This document shows, piece by piece, positions 10,151 through 18,671 of a DNA stretch of 51,987 bases (position 1 is its first letter; each line of letters opens with the position of its first letter). Where the stretch lies: the sequence record PZ715803.1, one strand, 5' to 3'. Under the pieces are notes generated by a model. The model did not search any database, was not told the DNA's origin, and saw only the letters and a program-made list of their open reading frames with translations. Both the position numbers and the translations under genes were made by a program. The stretch is from a phage.

Positions 10151-12832
10151 TCAACCTCGCTTGCTCATAACAAATTCGTAAACCTCGCCGCCCTGCATAC
10201 AGGAACGCTTAATCATATCAGTAAAGATCATCTTAACACCAGTTTCGATGCCCTTCGGATCGTTGCCGTTAGTGATGCTAACATCAATCCCGCCGATGTT
10301 AAATTGAGGTGCTCCACCAGTTACAGCGCCACCGCCAGTATAGCCGGAACTACCAACAACGCCGCCGTTAGCATAGCCTCGCATCATGCGGTACAAGTTG
10401 CCTACCCCGATACGCTGCGTCGCCTCCTTCGTCATGACAAATTCACCTTTATGGACAATTCCGGCTGGCTCATACTTCCCGCCGTCGCCAGTGTATCCAC
10501 CGCCAGCAAATCCGCCAATGTTCTTAAGCAAGCTCCCCATCGTCCAGGTTTGACCACCCATCAGGCCAGATAACGCATTAAAGACAACCATTTTCGTGAT
10601 CATCTGAATAATCATTTTGATGATAGCCGTCGAGAAGTCTTTAAAGTTTGCCTTGCCAGTAGCGATAAAATTCGCTAATTGGTTTGTAAGGCCGTTTAAC
10701 GCCTCGCTTGCTATCTGCTGAACATTACCATAGGCATTGTTTGCATCTTCCGCGAATAGCTCCCATGCGTTCTTTGCTCCGGCTAACCAGTTGCTTTGCG
10801 CCTCGTCTTGTGTCTGGTAATACAGCTTAAGTTTCTCCTCCATTTGCTGAAAAACTTCATCGCTAACGCTTCCTCCTTGCGCCTCGTAGTCGGTACGCAG
10901 CTTGCGTAACTCTAGCTCACGCTCGATCTGCTTTTCAGTGTAGCCAAGTTGCTTAAGGCCAAGCACATCAATAGCCGCCTGCGTTTCACGGATAAACTTA
11001 ATGCTATCTTGCTCCAGCTTGTTTTTGCGCTCCTGCAAAACAATCTGATCCCCTAGCTCCGCTTTTTGCCTTGCCATTTCAAGAACGGCTTTTTGCTCGT
11101 TTAGTAGCGCCTGTTCCGCTCCGGTCAATTTACGCTTGCTCTGCGCATCCTCCAGGATCTCGATCTGCTTTTCGATGCTCCATAAAGATTTACGCTGGCG
11201 AGAAATAACATCATTAACAGTGCGATGCTCTTTAAGCGTTTCCAGTTGCGCTTTTAAAACGTACAACTCTTTATCAAGCTGCTCAGTTGGGCCGCGAACT
11301 ATTCCGCCTTTAGCCTCTTTCTTTTTCTGCTCCTGCTTCTTGATCTCCTCAAGCTCTTTGCGTCTGAACTCCACGTTTTCAGCCGCACGCTTTTTCAGTT
11401 CTTCATCAGCAGAACGCGCCACGCCCTTCTGATCCTCAATGGCTTTGTTTAAAGCCTCTTGTGCCGCTCGCACTCTGTTTAATGACAGGTTTTCTTTGTC
11501 GATTCGCTCCGCTCGTTCCGCCATGTCCTTATTCGCATCTTTTACGACCTTTCCAATGTCTTCATAAGTGTTAAGTGCAAACTTAAGCATAGGATTAACA
11601 TAGCCAAGCTCTTTACCTAACAGGCCGCCGGACGGGGAAGCGTAATCACGCTTAGCTTTCAAAACTTCATACCACGACTCGCCCAACTCAAGGACTTTGT
11701 TTTTGTGGTTTGCAATTTCGTTATTCAAGCTGACAAAGCTAGACGCGCCCTTGTACTCGTTGACTTTCTTTTTTGCGTCATCATAAGTCATGCCAACGTC
11801 AACCAGTTTTTTAATCGCCTCGCTCGCGCCGTCTTTCGTGGTGATGTAAGCCTTTGCCAGATCTTCTGCGCTTTCTCCTGTCTTGTCGGAAAGCTCCTGG
11901 ATTCCGGTAGCAATCTTTTCGGCAAAATCACCAGTCAAGCCAGTTGTTTCCTGAACGGTTTTTTTAATTGCCTCAAACTCTGTCTGTGTTTTGTAGGCAT
12001 TATATGCAGCAATTGCCAGCGTGCCGGAAAGCAAGCCAAACGCCACGTTTACCGGATTCAGGAAAGATAGCAACGCTTTTAAAGCATTGGATGCGCCACC
12101 AAAAGAATCCTTAATCTGTCCACCCTGCTGGATTGCTACCAACCAAACGGGCATACCAGAAGCAAGTGAAGTCACCACGTCTGTGATCTGCATTGGCAAT
12201 TGCGCCATTGCTTGTTTGTATTGGCCTGTAGAAATACCAAGTTTCTGGATCTGCTTTTCCTGCTCTTTCAGCCTTGCGATGTAAGGCGCCGCCTCCTGGC
12301 TAACTCCAAGCTGTGCAGCTTTCATTTCCAGCAATTCAGACTTGCTTTTTCCGGCTGCTTCTTCCTGCTCACGCAAAGCCTGGACGAATTTTTTAGCTTC
12401 TTCCGCTGCACGCGCCTTGTTCTTTGATTCCTCAAGCGCCGCGCGGCCTTCCTCTGTCATCGCTTTTTTGGTTGCGATCAGCTTGTTTTGCTGCGTCTCA
12501 AGAATTGCCCCAAGCTCAAAAAAAGTCTCATCAGGAACAACGCCCTTTTTCCATAGCGCATCAAGCTGTGTCGCTGCCTTTCGCAGCTTATCCATCTTTG
12601 ACGCGGTGGGATCAATTGACTCCTGGATTTTCTTAAATTCTGCTTTCTGGCGCGCCAGTTCTTCGGCAAACTGTTTAGCTTGCTGTCGCGCCACAACCTC
12701 AGAATCAATAAATTCATTAACGCTTTTTTTTGCGTCGTCGTTTGCCTTCTTGAATTGCTGCAATGATTTAACAGCATTGTTGACCTGCGACACGTCAACG
12801 CCTAGCGTTAGGCCAGCGTATTTCTCAGCCAT
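10151..12832 (-). CDS. Tail tape measure protein
   Basis: 893 aa, extended coiled-coil and Gly-rich C-terminus; downstream of the G/GT chaperone. Confidence 0.9.
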   Translation of the reverse strand: MAEKYAGLTLGVDVSQVNNAVKSLQQFKKANDDAKKSVNEFIDSEVVARQQAKQFAEELARQKAEFKKIQESIDPTASKMDKLRKAATQLDALWKKGVVPDETFFELGAILETQQNKLIATKKAMTEEGRAALEESKNKARAAEEAKKFVQALREQEEAAGKSKSELLEMKAAQLGVSQEAAPYIARLKEQEKQIQKLGISTGQYKQAMAQLPMQITDVVTSLASGMPVWLVAIQQGGQIKDSFGGASNALKALLSFLNPVNVAFGLLSGTLAIAAYNAYKTQTEFEAIKKTVQETTGLTGDFAEKIATGIQELSDKTGESAEDLAKAYITTKDGASEAIKKLVDVGMTYDDAKKKVNEYKGASSFVSLNNEIANHKNKVLELGESWYEVLKAKRDYASPSGGLLGKELGYVNPMLKFALNTYEDIGKVVKDANKDMAERAERIDKENLSLNRVRAAQEALNKAIEDQKGVARSADEELKKRAAENVEFRRKELEEIKKQEQKKKEAKGGIVRGPTEQLDKELYVLKAQLETLKEHRTVNDVISRQRKSLWSIEKQIEILEDAQSKRKLTGAEQALLNEQKAVLEMARQKAELGDQIVLQERKNKLEQDSIKFIRETQAAIDVLGLKQLGYTEKQIERELELRKLRTDYEAQGGSVSDEVFQQMEEKLKLYYQTQDEAQSNWLAGAKNAWELFAEDANNAYGNVQQIASEALNGLTNQLANFIATGKANFKDFSTAIIKMIIQMITKMVVFNALSGLMGGQTWTMGSLLKNIGGFAGGGYTGDGGKYEPAGIVHKGEFVMTKEATQRIGVGNLYRMMRGYANGGVVGSSGYTGGGAVTGGAPQFNIGGIDVSITNGNDPKGIETGVKMIFTDMIKRSCMQGGEVYEFVMSKRG

Positions 12833-12856
12833 TTTAAAACCTCCAGATATTAAAAA

Positions 12857-12872
12857 AGCGCCTTGCGGCGCT
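12857..12872 (-). terminator. Hairpin AGCGCCTTGCGGCGCT plus T-run directly upstream of the tape measure RBS
   Basis: Inverted repeat followed by TTTTTTAAT on minus strand. Confidence 0.45.
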
Positions 12873-13506
12873 TATGTTTTGTTTGAATGAATCATTTCTA
12901 GCGCCTTTTGTTCCATGATGCGCAAATCATTTAGCGCCATCTCCCGATCCTCAATCTTGTAAATGTCAAAAAGCATAGGCAAAACGTTATAGTCGAACCC
13001 ATACACACTGCCGCTAGTCGATCTCCATTGCGTTTGCATTGCGCAAAACAGATCCCAAGATTGAAACATTGATTCATCAAAAATTACCTCCGGCGGCTCC
13101 TCCCCTTCGTAGTCTGAACGGGATAGGCCGACGGCCTCTAGTTGTGCGTCAGTTGGCGGCTTGAGGTAAAACAGGTAAACCGCCCGCTTTAGTTTTTTAC
13201 CCGCTGCCCCGCAAGTGCTTTCATATAATGACCAGTCAGCGATAATGACGCAGAAGGGTAATAATCCAGCAATTTAGCAACGTTTTCCTCGTTAAATTCA
13301 TCTTCCAGATCCCAACCGGAAGCAAGAAAGGTGATCATTTCTACGTCGCTCATCGGCTTTTCTGCCGTGTATCGTTCGTGAATCTCGCTTGCCTTCTTGT
13401 GGCGCACGGTAAAAACAATAACTTGCTCATCACCATTTGGAAGCACGAAAGAAACAGGTAGCTTAAAATCAGGCAGTGGGCCTAACGTTAGTTTCATCTT
13501 TGCCAT
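12872..13506 (-). CDS. Tail assembly chaperone G-T fusion made by programmed -1 frameshift at about 13192-13198
   Basis: Slippery heptamer A AAA AAC in register immediately before the G stop; -1 frame stays open for 106 codons into ORF 12872..13069. Confidence 0.6.
13189..13506 (-). CDS. Tail assembly chaperone (lambda G-like, zero-frame product)
   Basis: 105 aa between major tail and tape measure genes; ends at slippery site. Confidence 0.75.
   Translation of the reverse strand: MAKMKLTLGPLPDFKLPVSFVLPNGDEQVIVFTVRHKKASEIHERYTAEKPMSDVEMITFLASGWDLEDEFNEENVAKLLDYYPSASLSLTGHYMKALAGQRVKN
13192..13198 (-). other. Slippery heptamer AAAAAAC (X XXY YYZ) for -1 ribosomal frameshift
   Basis: Zero-frame codons GTA AAA AAC TAA read directly from the minus strand. 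Confidence 0.6.
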
Positions 13507-13520
13507 CTCAAGATCTCCTT

Positions 13521-13539
13521 ATAGCACTTTTTGTTAAAA
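13521..13539 (+). promoter_or_regulatory. 19-bp element copy (ATAGCACTTTTTGTTAAAA), antisense to the late operon; abuts the RBS of the G chaperone gene
   Basis: Exact consensus; followed on plus strand by TTGATT repeats and TAGATT. Confidence 0.5.
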
Positions 13540-13583
13540 GTGGAATTGATTTATTTGATAGATTGATTTTACAGGAATGAAAA

Positions 13584-13602
13584 AAGGGGCGCAACGCCCC
13601 TT
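13584..13602 (-). terminator. Intrinsic terminator (AAGGGGCGCAACGCCCCTT plus T6) after the major tail gene
   Basis: Strong hairpin and T-run on minus strand. Confidence 0.6.
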
Positions 13603-13605
13603 GTT

Positions 13606-14268
13606 TTACTTAACGTCAGAAGGTAAGAACGTGAATCGACCTTTCAGAGATACGGAAAGGGAAACAGTTTCCATTTCGTTCATAGTGGTTTGCGGAATGT
13701 CATTAAAAGACAATACGCCAGCCCAGCAACGCATCTCTTTAGCTTTCGGCACGTACATACGCAAAGCGGTTACGTCGCCGGATTCCTCAGCCTCGCGCAA
13801 GATCGGATAAATCGGATTATCATATTCATGTGCGAAAGTATAGGTAAGAGAAACGGCGCTCTTGTAGGTCGGCAACTGCTGTTCCTGGTCATCAGCCAAA
13901 CACTGATAAGTGTAATACTGTTGCTCGCCGCCGTCCTGCGCAAGATCCTGTACGCAAGGAATCTCTACCCATGATTTTACTTCTCGGAAGGTTGCTGTAT
14001 TAGAACCAGCCGGAAACACGTTTTGATCGGTTGTGTCTACACCTTCAAGAGTTACGCTTGCGTTATCAGATACTTCTTTTACCCGCAACACACGACTAAC
14101 CAGTTTACCCCAGGAAGACGTTTCAATCAGAACATAAGCACCTTTTTTGATCTGCTGTGAATTACTAACAGTAAAAACCGGATCTTTAGCGTTTGAAATA
14201 TCAGTAGCGCTAATTGGCTCACCCATATTAACGCCGATGAAAATTTGAGAACCATTAGGCAAGTGCAT
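13606..14268 (-). CDS. Major tail (tube) protein
   Basis: 220 aa directly upstream of chaperone G; strong AGGAGG RBS. Confidence 0.7.
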   Translation of the reverse strand: MHLPNGSQIFIGVNMGEPISATDISNAKDPVFTVSNSQQIKKGAYVLIETSSWGKLVSRVLRVKEVSDNASVTLEGVDTTDQNVFPAGSNTATFREVKSWVEIPCVQDLAQDGGEQQYYTYQCLADDQEQQLPTYKSAVSLTYTFAHEYDNPIYPILREAEESGDVTALRMYVPKAKEMRCWAGVLSFNDIPQTTMNEMETVSLSVSLKGRFTFLPSDVK

Positions 14269-14270
14269 GA

Positions 14271-14672
14271 TTATTCCTCCTTTGTATCAAGCCTAACACT
14301 GAAACGGATCGGCAAAAACCAACCTGTTTCACTTTTTAGTAATGCGTGGACGTTTGCCCCCTCGCTAATATAGCCAGTTTCAAGCATTCTACCATCATAG
14401 AAAAATCTCGCAATCTCTTTAGCCAGTAAACGCGCTTTATCAGTGCCACCGCCAGGAGGAATGACAATTCCAACCTGAACCAAACCGATATAAGAAACAC
14501 ATTTTCTATCAAGAGATATGCGATCCGTGTCTGCTTCCATGTAGTTAAATTTTAACCACATAGAACCGTCGCCAGGCGGTACAAAATCAACGTTTTCATA
14601 GGAGATCTTGAATCGTGATTCATATTCCGACGCCAGCGCCTTTCTTGCCGCCAACATTAAATCATAGTGCAT
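14271..14672 (-). CDS. Tail terminator / tail completion protein (U-like)
   Basis: 133 aa; position between neck proteins and major tail gene. Confidence 0.45.
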   Translation of the reverse strand: MHYDLMLAARKALASEYESRFKISYENVDFVPPGDGSMWLKFNYMEADTDRISLDRKCVSYIGLVQVGIVIPPGGGTDKARLLAKEIARFFYDGRMLETGYISEGANVHALLKSETGWFLPIRFSVRLDTKEE

Positions 14673-15105
14673 TTTTTGCCCTCGAATCCTTTATTGCCTT
14701 AGCCATATAAGATCGCAGCTTTACCGCCACGATTCCAAGTACGCCGGACGGCGCTTGTTTTGAATGACCGTATTCAAGCGCGTTGGCGTAAATAAGCATG
14801 TTTGAAAAATAGATTGACCGCACCGCGCCACCGCCACGCATGATTGCATATATTGCTCGCTTGCCTTCTGCAATGGTTTTACCACCATCGCGATCGTATT
14901 GGTTGAGCGCATATAGCGGCGGCTTGTTTGCTGTTATCTGCCAGTTAGCTTTATATCGGCCCGTGTCAACTGGCGAGCGATTTACAAGATCCTCGTGGAC
15001 GTTTGTCGCGAACATTTCAACGCAATCAACAAGGCCGCTGCTTACTGAATCAATCCACCTGCTTATATCACCGTGAAATTCCCTGATCTTATAGTTATCA
15101 GCCAT
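14662..15105 (-). CDS. Neck / tail-completion protein (HK97 gp10-like)
   Basis: GRYKANWQ motif; ATG 15105 with AAGGAGG RBS. Confidence 0.5.
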   Translation of the reverse strand: MADNYKIREFHGDISRWIDSVSSGLVDCVEMFATNVHEDLVNRSPVDTGRYKANWQITANKPPLYALNQYDRDGGKTIAEGKRAIYAIMRGGGAVRSIYFSNMLIYANALEYGHSKQAPSGVLGIVAVKLRSYMAKAIKDSRAKNAL

Positions 15106-15469
15106 GCACAGCAACCCTCCTTAATATCGGACGATAAGCCGCCGTGATGTTAGTCTGCCTGACTGGTCTTGCTTCAACGACAACATAACGTTCGCCATCA
15201 ATTTCAATCTGATAACCATTTTTGATCTCAGTTTCATTGGTGAATATCCCCAACTTGTCGGTTACTCGGATTGTTTCACCGTCAACCTCTCTAGTCCTCG
15301 GAGATCTAACAAGCCCCTTTATCATCACTGAAATCTCCGGCTTGGTAACTTCCTCTCCTCCGATAATCTCAACCCCTCCCTGCTGCGTGATGCACTTAAA
15401 CATACCGTTAGCGTCGCTGAAAAAGTTAATCCCAGCCGTAGCCATTCTTGCAATCTCATTGTAGTTCAT
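15098..15469 (-). CDS. Head-tail joining protein
   Basis: Position and size; GGAG RBS before ATG 15469. Confidence 0.45.
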   Translation of the reverse strand: MNYNEIARMATAGINFFSDANGMFKCITQQGGVEIIGGEEVTKPEISVMIKGLVRSPRTREVDGETIRVTDKLGIFTNETEIKNGYQIEIDGERYVVVEARPVRQTNITAAYRPILRRVAVHG

Positions 15470-15885
15470 CGGCAGCATCTCCGGCGCAATCCAGTCACAA
15501 GGCCAAAGCCGCCACCGTGCTTACGGTTTAACACTTCGTACATTTTGCCCCACGGCGTTTGTCGGATCTGCTTTCCGCTTGTATCGGAAGAAATTCGATC
15601 AAACGTCTGACTAAACTCACCAGTCAGAGTGAACGAGGCAACTCGGCGGGAGTAGCTTTCTACGCTTTCACCTTCCTGTTTCATTGCTCCGTCTAAGGTC
15701 ATAAGGTGAAGAGTGTAAAGCGCAACCGCTTTCGGGTATGAGTTTTTAAACCGTTTTTTGCAAACAAACTCTTTAGCAAGCTCAATCCATGCCACAATTA
15801 AATCGGGATCAACCTGTTGCATTGGTGGGGCCAACTTTACGATTTGCTGAACGATTTCAGCGTCTGTGTAAAATTCATCTACCAT
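15466..15885 (-). CDS. Head-tail connector / head completion protein
   Basis: 139 aa downstream of the capsid gene; GGAG RBS. Confidence 0.45.
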   Translation of the reverse strand: MVDEFYTDAEIVQQIVKLAPPMQQVDPDLIVAWIELAKEFVCKKRFKNSYPKAVALYTLHLMTLDGAMKQEGESVESYSRRVASFTLTGEFSQTFDRISSDTSGKQIRQTPWGKMYEVLNRKHGGGFGLVTGLRRRCCR

Positions 15886-15931
15886 TTTGTTTTCTCCAGA
15901 TGCGACAAGGGGCGCATAAGCGCCCCAATTA

Positions 15932-16198
15932 TTAATATTCGCCGCCGTCCTCTAGCTCTTTGCGGCTCTTACCCTCGGTAGGATCTTTTTTGCGCTTCTT
16001 CTCCGCTTTCGCCTTGATTTGCTCGTTAATTTCGGAATTGTCTTTAACTTCAACATCACCGCGAGCGATCAGGTATTCAATTGCGGAATCATTAATGCGA
16101 TCGGATTCAATTTCAATTTCATCACCAGGATGATAACGCTTACCGTCCATAATAATCATGCAAACGCCAGTTACTTTAAGTTTTAAAGTTTTGCTCAT
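15932..16198 (-). CDS. Hypothetical head-associated protein
   Basis: ATG 16198 with GGAG RBS; basic Lys-rich C-terminus. Confidence 0.55.
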   Translation of the reverse strand: MSKTLKLKVTGVCMIIMDGKRYHPGDEIEIESDRINDSAIEYLIARGDVEVKDNSEINEQIKAKAEKKRKKDPTEGKSRKELEDGGEY

Positions 16199-16223
16199 TT
16201 TGTGTACTCCATAAATAAAAAAA

Positions 16224-16244
16224 GGGGAACCCTTAAGGCTCCCC
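16224..16244 (-). terminator. Hairpin plus T-run after the major capsid gene
   Basis: GGGGA...TCCCC stem followed by T7ATTTAT on minus strand. Confidence 0.45.
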
Positions 16245-16255
16245 ATGTTATCTAA

Positions 16256-17227
16256 TTACACAGCTTTTTTCAAGCCAGTAATAAGCACCATCGTAAACGG
16301 ACGATAAATCGTAAGGCCAGTACACTTGGAAGTGCAAGGAACCTTGAAATGTAGGTCTTTTGGCTGCGCCGGAAGCATGTTAAACGCTTCTGGAATCTCA
16401 ATGCTCATGTTCATTGGATCTTTTTCGTAAACCAAGCAACCTTTCGTACCTTTGCCGTCAATATCCTCAAGCTCTGCAATAGAGTCGATAGTGATACCGC
16501 CGTTTTGCTTCTGGAAGTATTCCAGATAACTTTCAGTGGTATTTTCCATTCGAACCGTCAGGACTTTGCGCATGGACGGCGGGATCAGGATGTTGGTCGC
16601 GCGGTGCTGACCTTTGGTTACTTCCTCGATCGTTTCGATTGCGGCCTCCAGTTCATCGCTTGCCACTTCCGGGAACTTGGTATTGCCGTCATTGCTCATC
16701 CAGCCTTTAGAAACAATTTTCGTAAGGTTAGGGTGATCGAAAACGGAAACGATCTTATGAGGCTTGGAACCTTTGAACACCAGGAAGTTAATCAACTGAT
16801 CATGCGCATTTTGCGCAGCGTTAGCCTTGCGAGTTGACAGGCTCTTGCCAGTTCGCTGACCTGCTTTAATCTCATCAATGGAGATCAGATAAGCGTTACC
16901 CAGGCGGAACACTTTGCCAAACTCAGAAGTCATCAACGCGTCCACAGTCGGCAGATCATCGGTGTAGTCGGCGATAATTTTCGCGTAGCCAACCTTATCA
17001 AAAGTCTGATATTCGAAAGTCTTGTCAGTATCAGAAAGCTCGTTTGTTACAGGGAATACGCGAAGCGCGGAACCTGCCGGATATTCTTTCTCGTATGCGG
17101 TTGAGCGGATCTTGTGTAGCTCTTGAGCGGTCCAAATACCCATATCAGAAGCATCACCCTTAACGCCCTGAACCTGTAAATGATTTGCTACAATAGTAGC
17201 ATCTAATTCATCGTATTTTTTAGCCAT
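16256..17227 (-). CDS. Major capsid protein
   Basis: 323 aa from MAKKYDEL; position after scaffold and decoration-like genes. Confidence 0.75.
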   Translation of the reverse strand: MAKKYDELDATIVANHLQVQGVKGDASDMGIWTAQELHKIRSTAYEKEYPAGSALRVFPVTNELSDTDKTFEYQTFDKVGYAKIIADYTDDLPTVDALMTSEFGKVFRLGNAYLISIDEIKAGQRTGKSLSTRKANAAQNAHDQLINFLVFKGSKPHKIVSVFDHPNLTKIVSKGWMSNDGNTKFPEVASDELEAAIETIEEVTKGQHRATNILIPPSMRKVLTVRMENTTESYLEYFQKQNGGITIDSIAELEDIDGKGTKGCLVYEKDPMNMSIEIPEAFNMLPAQPKDLHFKVPCTSKCTGLTIYRPFTMVLITGLKKAV

Positions 17228-17244
17228 TTTGTTTCCTCCATAAA

Positions 17245-17266
17245 AGGCCGCTAAATGTAACGGCCT
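17245..17266 (-). other. Hairpin AGGCCG..CGGCCT between the element copy and the capsid RBS
   Basis: Perfect 6-bp stem, followed by TTTTATGGAGG on minus strand. Confidence 0.4.
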
Positions 17267-17271
17267 AGATG

Positions 17272-17290
17272 ATAGCACTTTTTGTTAAAC
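17272..17290 (+). promoter_or_regulatory. 19-bp element copy (ATAGCACTTTTTGTTAAAC), antisense orientation upstream of the major capsid gene
   Basis: 18/19 match to consensus. Confidence 0.5.
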
Positions 17291-17315
17291 GTGCAATGTT
17301 TTTTTATGCTATTAG

Positions 17316-18098
17316 TTATTCGCCTACGGTTTTCTCAAAAACTATATCGAACTGATCCGCAACGCCCGAACCGTCATTTGCGGTCCAGTTAACATTAACA
17401 CTACCCCCAACTCCAGAAGGAACAACCAGACCTGTTTGGCTAATTGTTGCCACCTTTGGACTTTGAGGATTTGTTATTACCCATTGACCAGTCTTATCAT
17501 CTGCCCACTCAGGAGCTACGGTTACTTTAAGCTGAACGTTGTTTCTTGTTGGCGTTCCCTCAACATAATCGCCATCTGCCTCAATTATTGCCGCTGTTAG
17601 TGGGTATTTTCTGTGATGCAAAGGAGTGATTCTAACTCCAACGATATTGATTGTTTCATCAAACTTGTAAAAATCACCAGTAAAAATCCAGCCATCAACA
17701 ATTTCATCCCCGTCACTCTTTGCTACAAAGCCATCATTGTTAACATAAACAAGATCACCATGTTCAGGTGGCGAGTCAATTGTTTGAGTTACACACCATA
17801 CGACACCTCTTGTCAAAATGTTGATGGAGTCTCCTTCCTTGTAGTCAGAATACCCATCTTCCTCGTTAACCGTTGTTGTTATGTTGCTCCTTAGCGCTAC
17901 GCCAGCAACAACCGCATCATACTCTTTATGATCAACAAATATGTTATAACCTTCCACCCTCTCTTTGAAGAAAACAACTTTGCCAGCAATGATCGACTCA
18001 GATCCGCAAACTCCAGTGCCATCAATATTGTAGCGAGTAGAATCAACCAAACAACCAGGGCAAGAAAGACCCATAACAGATGAATAATCTTTAGCCAT
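17316..18098 (-). CDS. Head decoration-like structural protein, paralog A (with C-terminal extension)
   Basis: N-terminal 120 aa related to 18150..18659 (MAK..AYNIDG..C motif). Confidence 0.5.
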   Translation of the reverse strand: MAKDYSSVMGLSCPGCLVDSTRYNIDGTGVCGSESIIAGKVVFFKERVEGYNIFVDHKEYDAVVAGVALRSNITTTVNEEDGYSDYKEGDSINILTRGVVWCVTQTIDSPPEHGDLVYVNNDGFVAKSDGDEIVDGWIFTGDFYKFDETINIVGVRITPLHHRKYPLTAAIIEADGDYVEGTPTRNNVQLKVTVAPEWADDKTGQWVITNPQSPKVATISQTGLVVPSGVGGSVNVNWTANDGSGVADQFDIVFEKTVGE

Positions 18099-18123
18099 TT
18101 CATTTCTCCTTACATAATAAAAA

Positions 18124-18143
18124 AGGCGCTCAATTGAGCGCCT
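18124..18143 (-). terminator. Hairpin AGGCGCTCAATTGAGCGCCT plus T7 between the paralogous head genes
   Basis: Perfect palindrome followed by T-run on minus strand. Confidence 0.55.
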
Positions 18144-18149
18144 ATTATT

Positions 18150-18659
18150 TTAACCAGGGAACACCTGAACTTCAAACAAAGTCAACACATCTTCGCCAGT
18201 TCCAAATGTGGTTTTATCTCCCGTGTAAATCCAATTGGTGTTGATAGCACCAGCACTTTTAACCTTGCCAGTGTTTTCATCAATTTTTACAGGCTCACGA
18301 TAAGATGGCTTTTTGCTCTTATCGGAATCATCGCCAATCATCCAAACGCGGCCCTCGGTCATAACGTTGATTCCGCCGCCAGCCTCATAAACCATTCGAC
18401 CATTATCAGCCGTGGTTTGAAAGTGCGATCGGATGCCAACGCCATAAGGAACATCACCACCACCAGAAATAGCGTCGATCAGCTTATTACCCATTGAGTC
18501 AACGCCTTTTAGCTTAACAGCCACGCCAACCAGGATTGGGATGCCGTCTTCCTTGTCAAGAACGCAAGCGCCGTCGATGTTATATGCCGAAGTATCGGAT
18601 ACCTGACCAGGAAGCGCACGCGCCATAGTGTCAAAATAACTTGCTCCAATTTTAGCCAT
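18150..18659 (-). CDS. Head decoration-like structural protein, paralog B
   Basis: 169 aa; shares N-terminal motifs with 17316..18098. Confidence 0.5.
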   Translation of the reverse strand: MAKIGASYFDTMARALPGQVSDTSAYNIDGACVLDKEDGIPILVGVAVKLKGVDSMGNKLIDAISGGGDVPYGVGIRSHFQTTADNGRMVYEAGGGINVMTEGRVWMIGDDSDKSKKPSYREPVKIDENTGKVKSAGAINTNWIYTGDKTTFGTGEDVLTLFEVQVFPG

Positions 18660-18671
18660 TTTAATTACTCC

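Noticed and set aside
12342-12890. Long plus-strand ORFs inside the tape measure gene (12342..12890, 11705..12070, 11136..11432 and others)
   Set aside because: They lie antisense within a strongly supported 893-aa gene, have low-complexity Ser/Ala/Phe-rich translations typical of the reverse frame of coiled-coil genes, and lack RBSs.
12872-13069. ORF 12872..13069 as an independent 65-aa gene
   Set aside because: The frame is open upstream to the slippery heptamer at 13192-13198 and there is no RBS before its first ATG; it is better explained as the frameshift extension of the tail chaperone.
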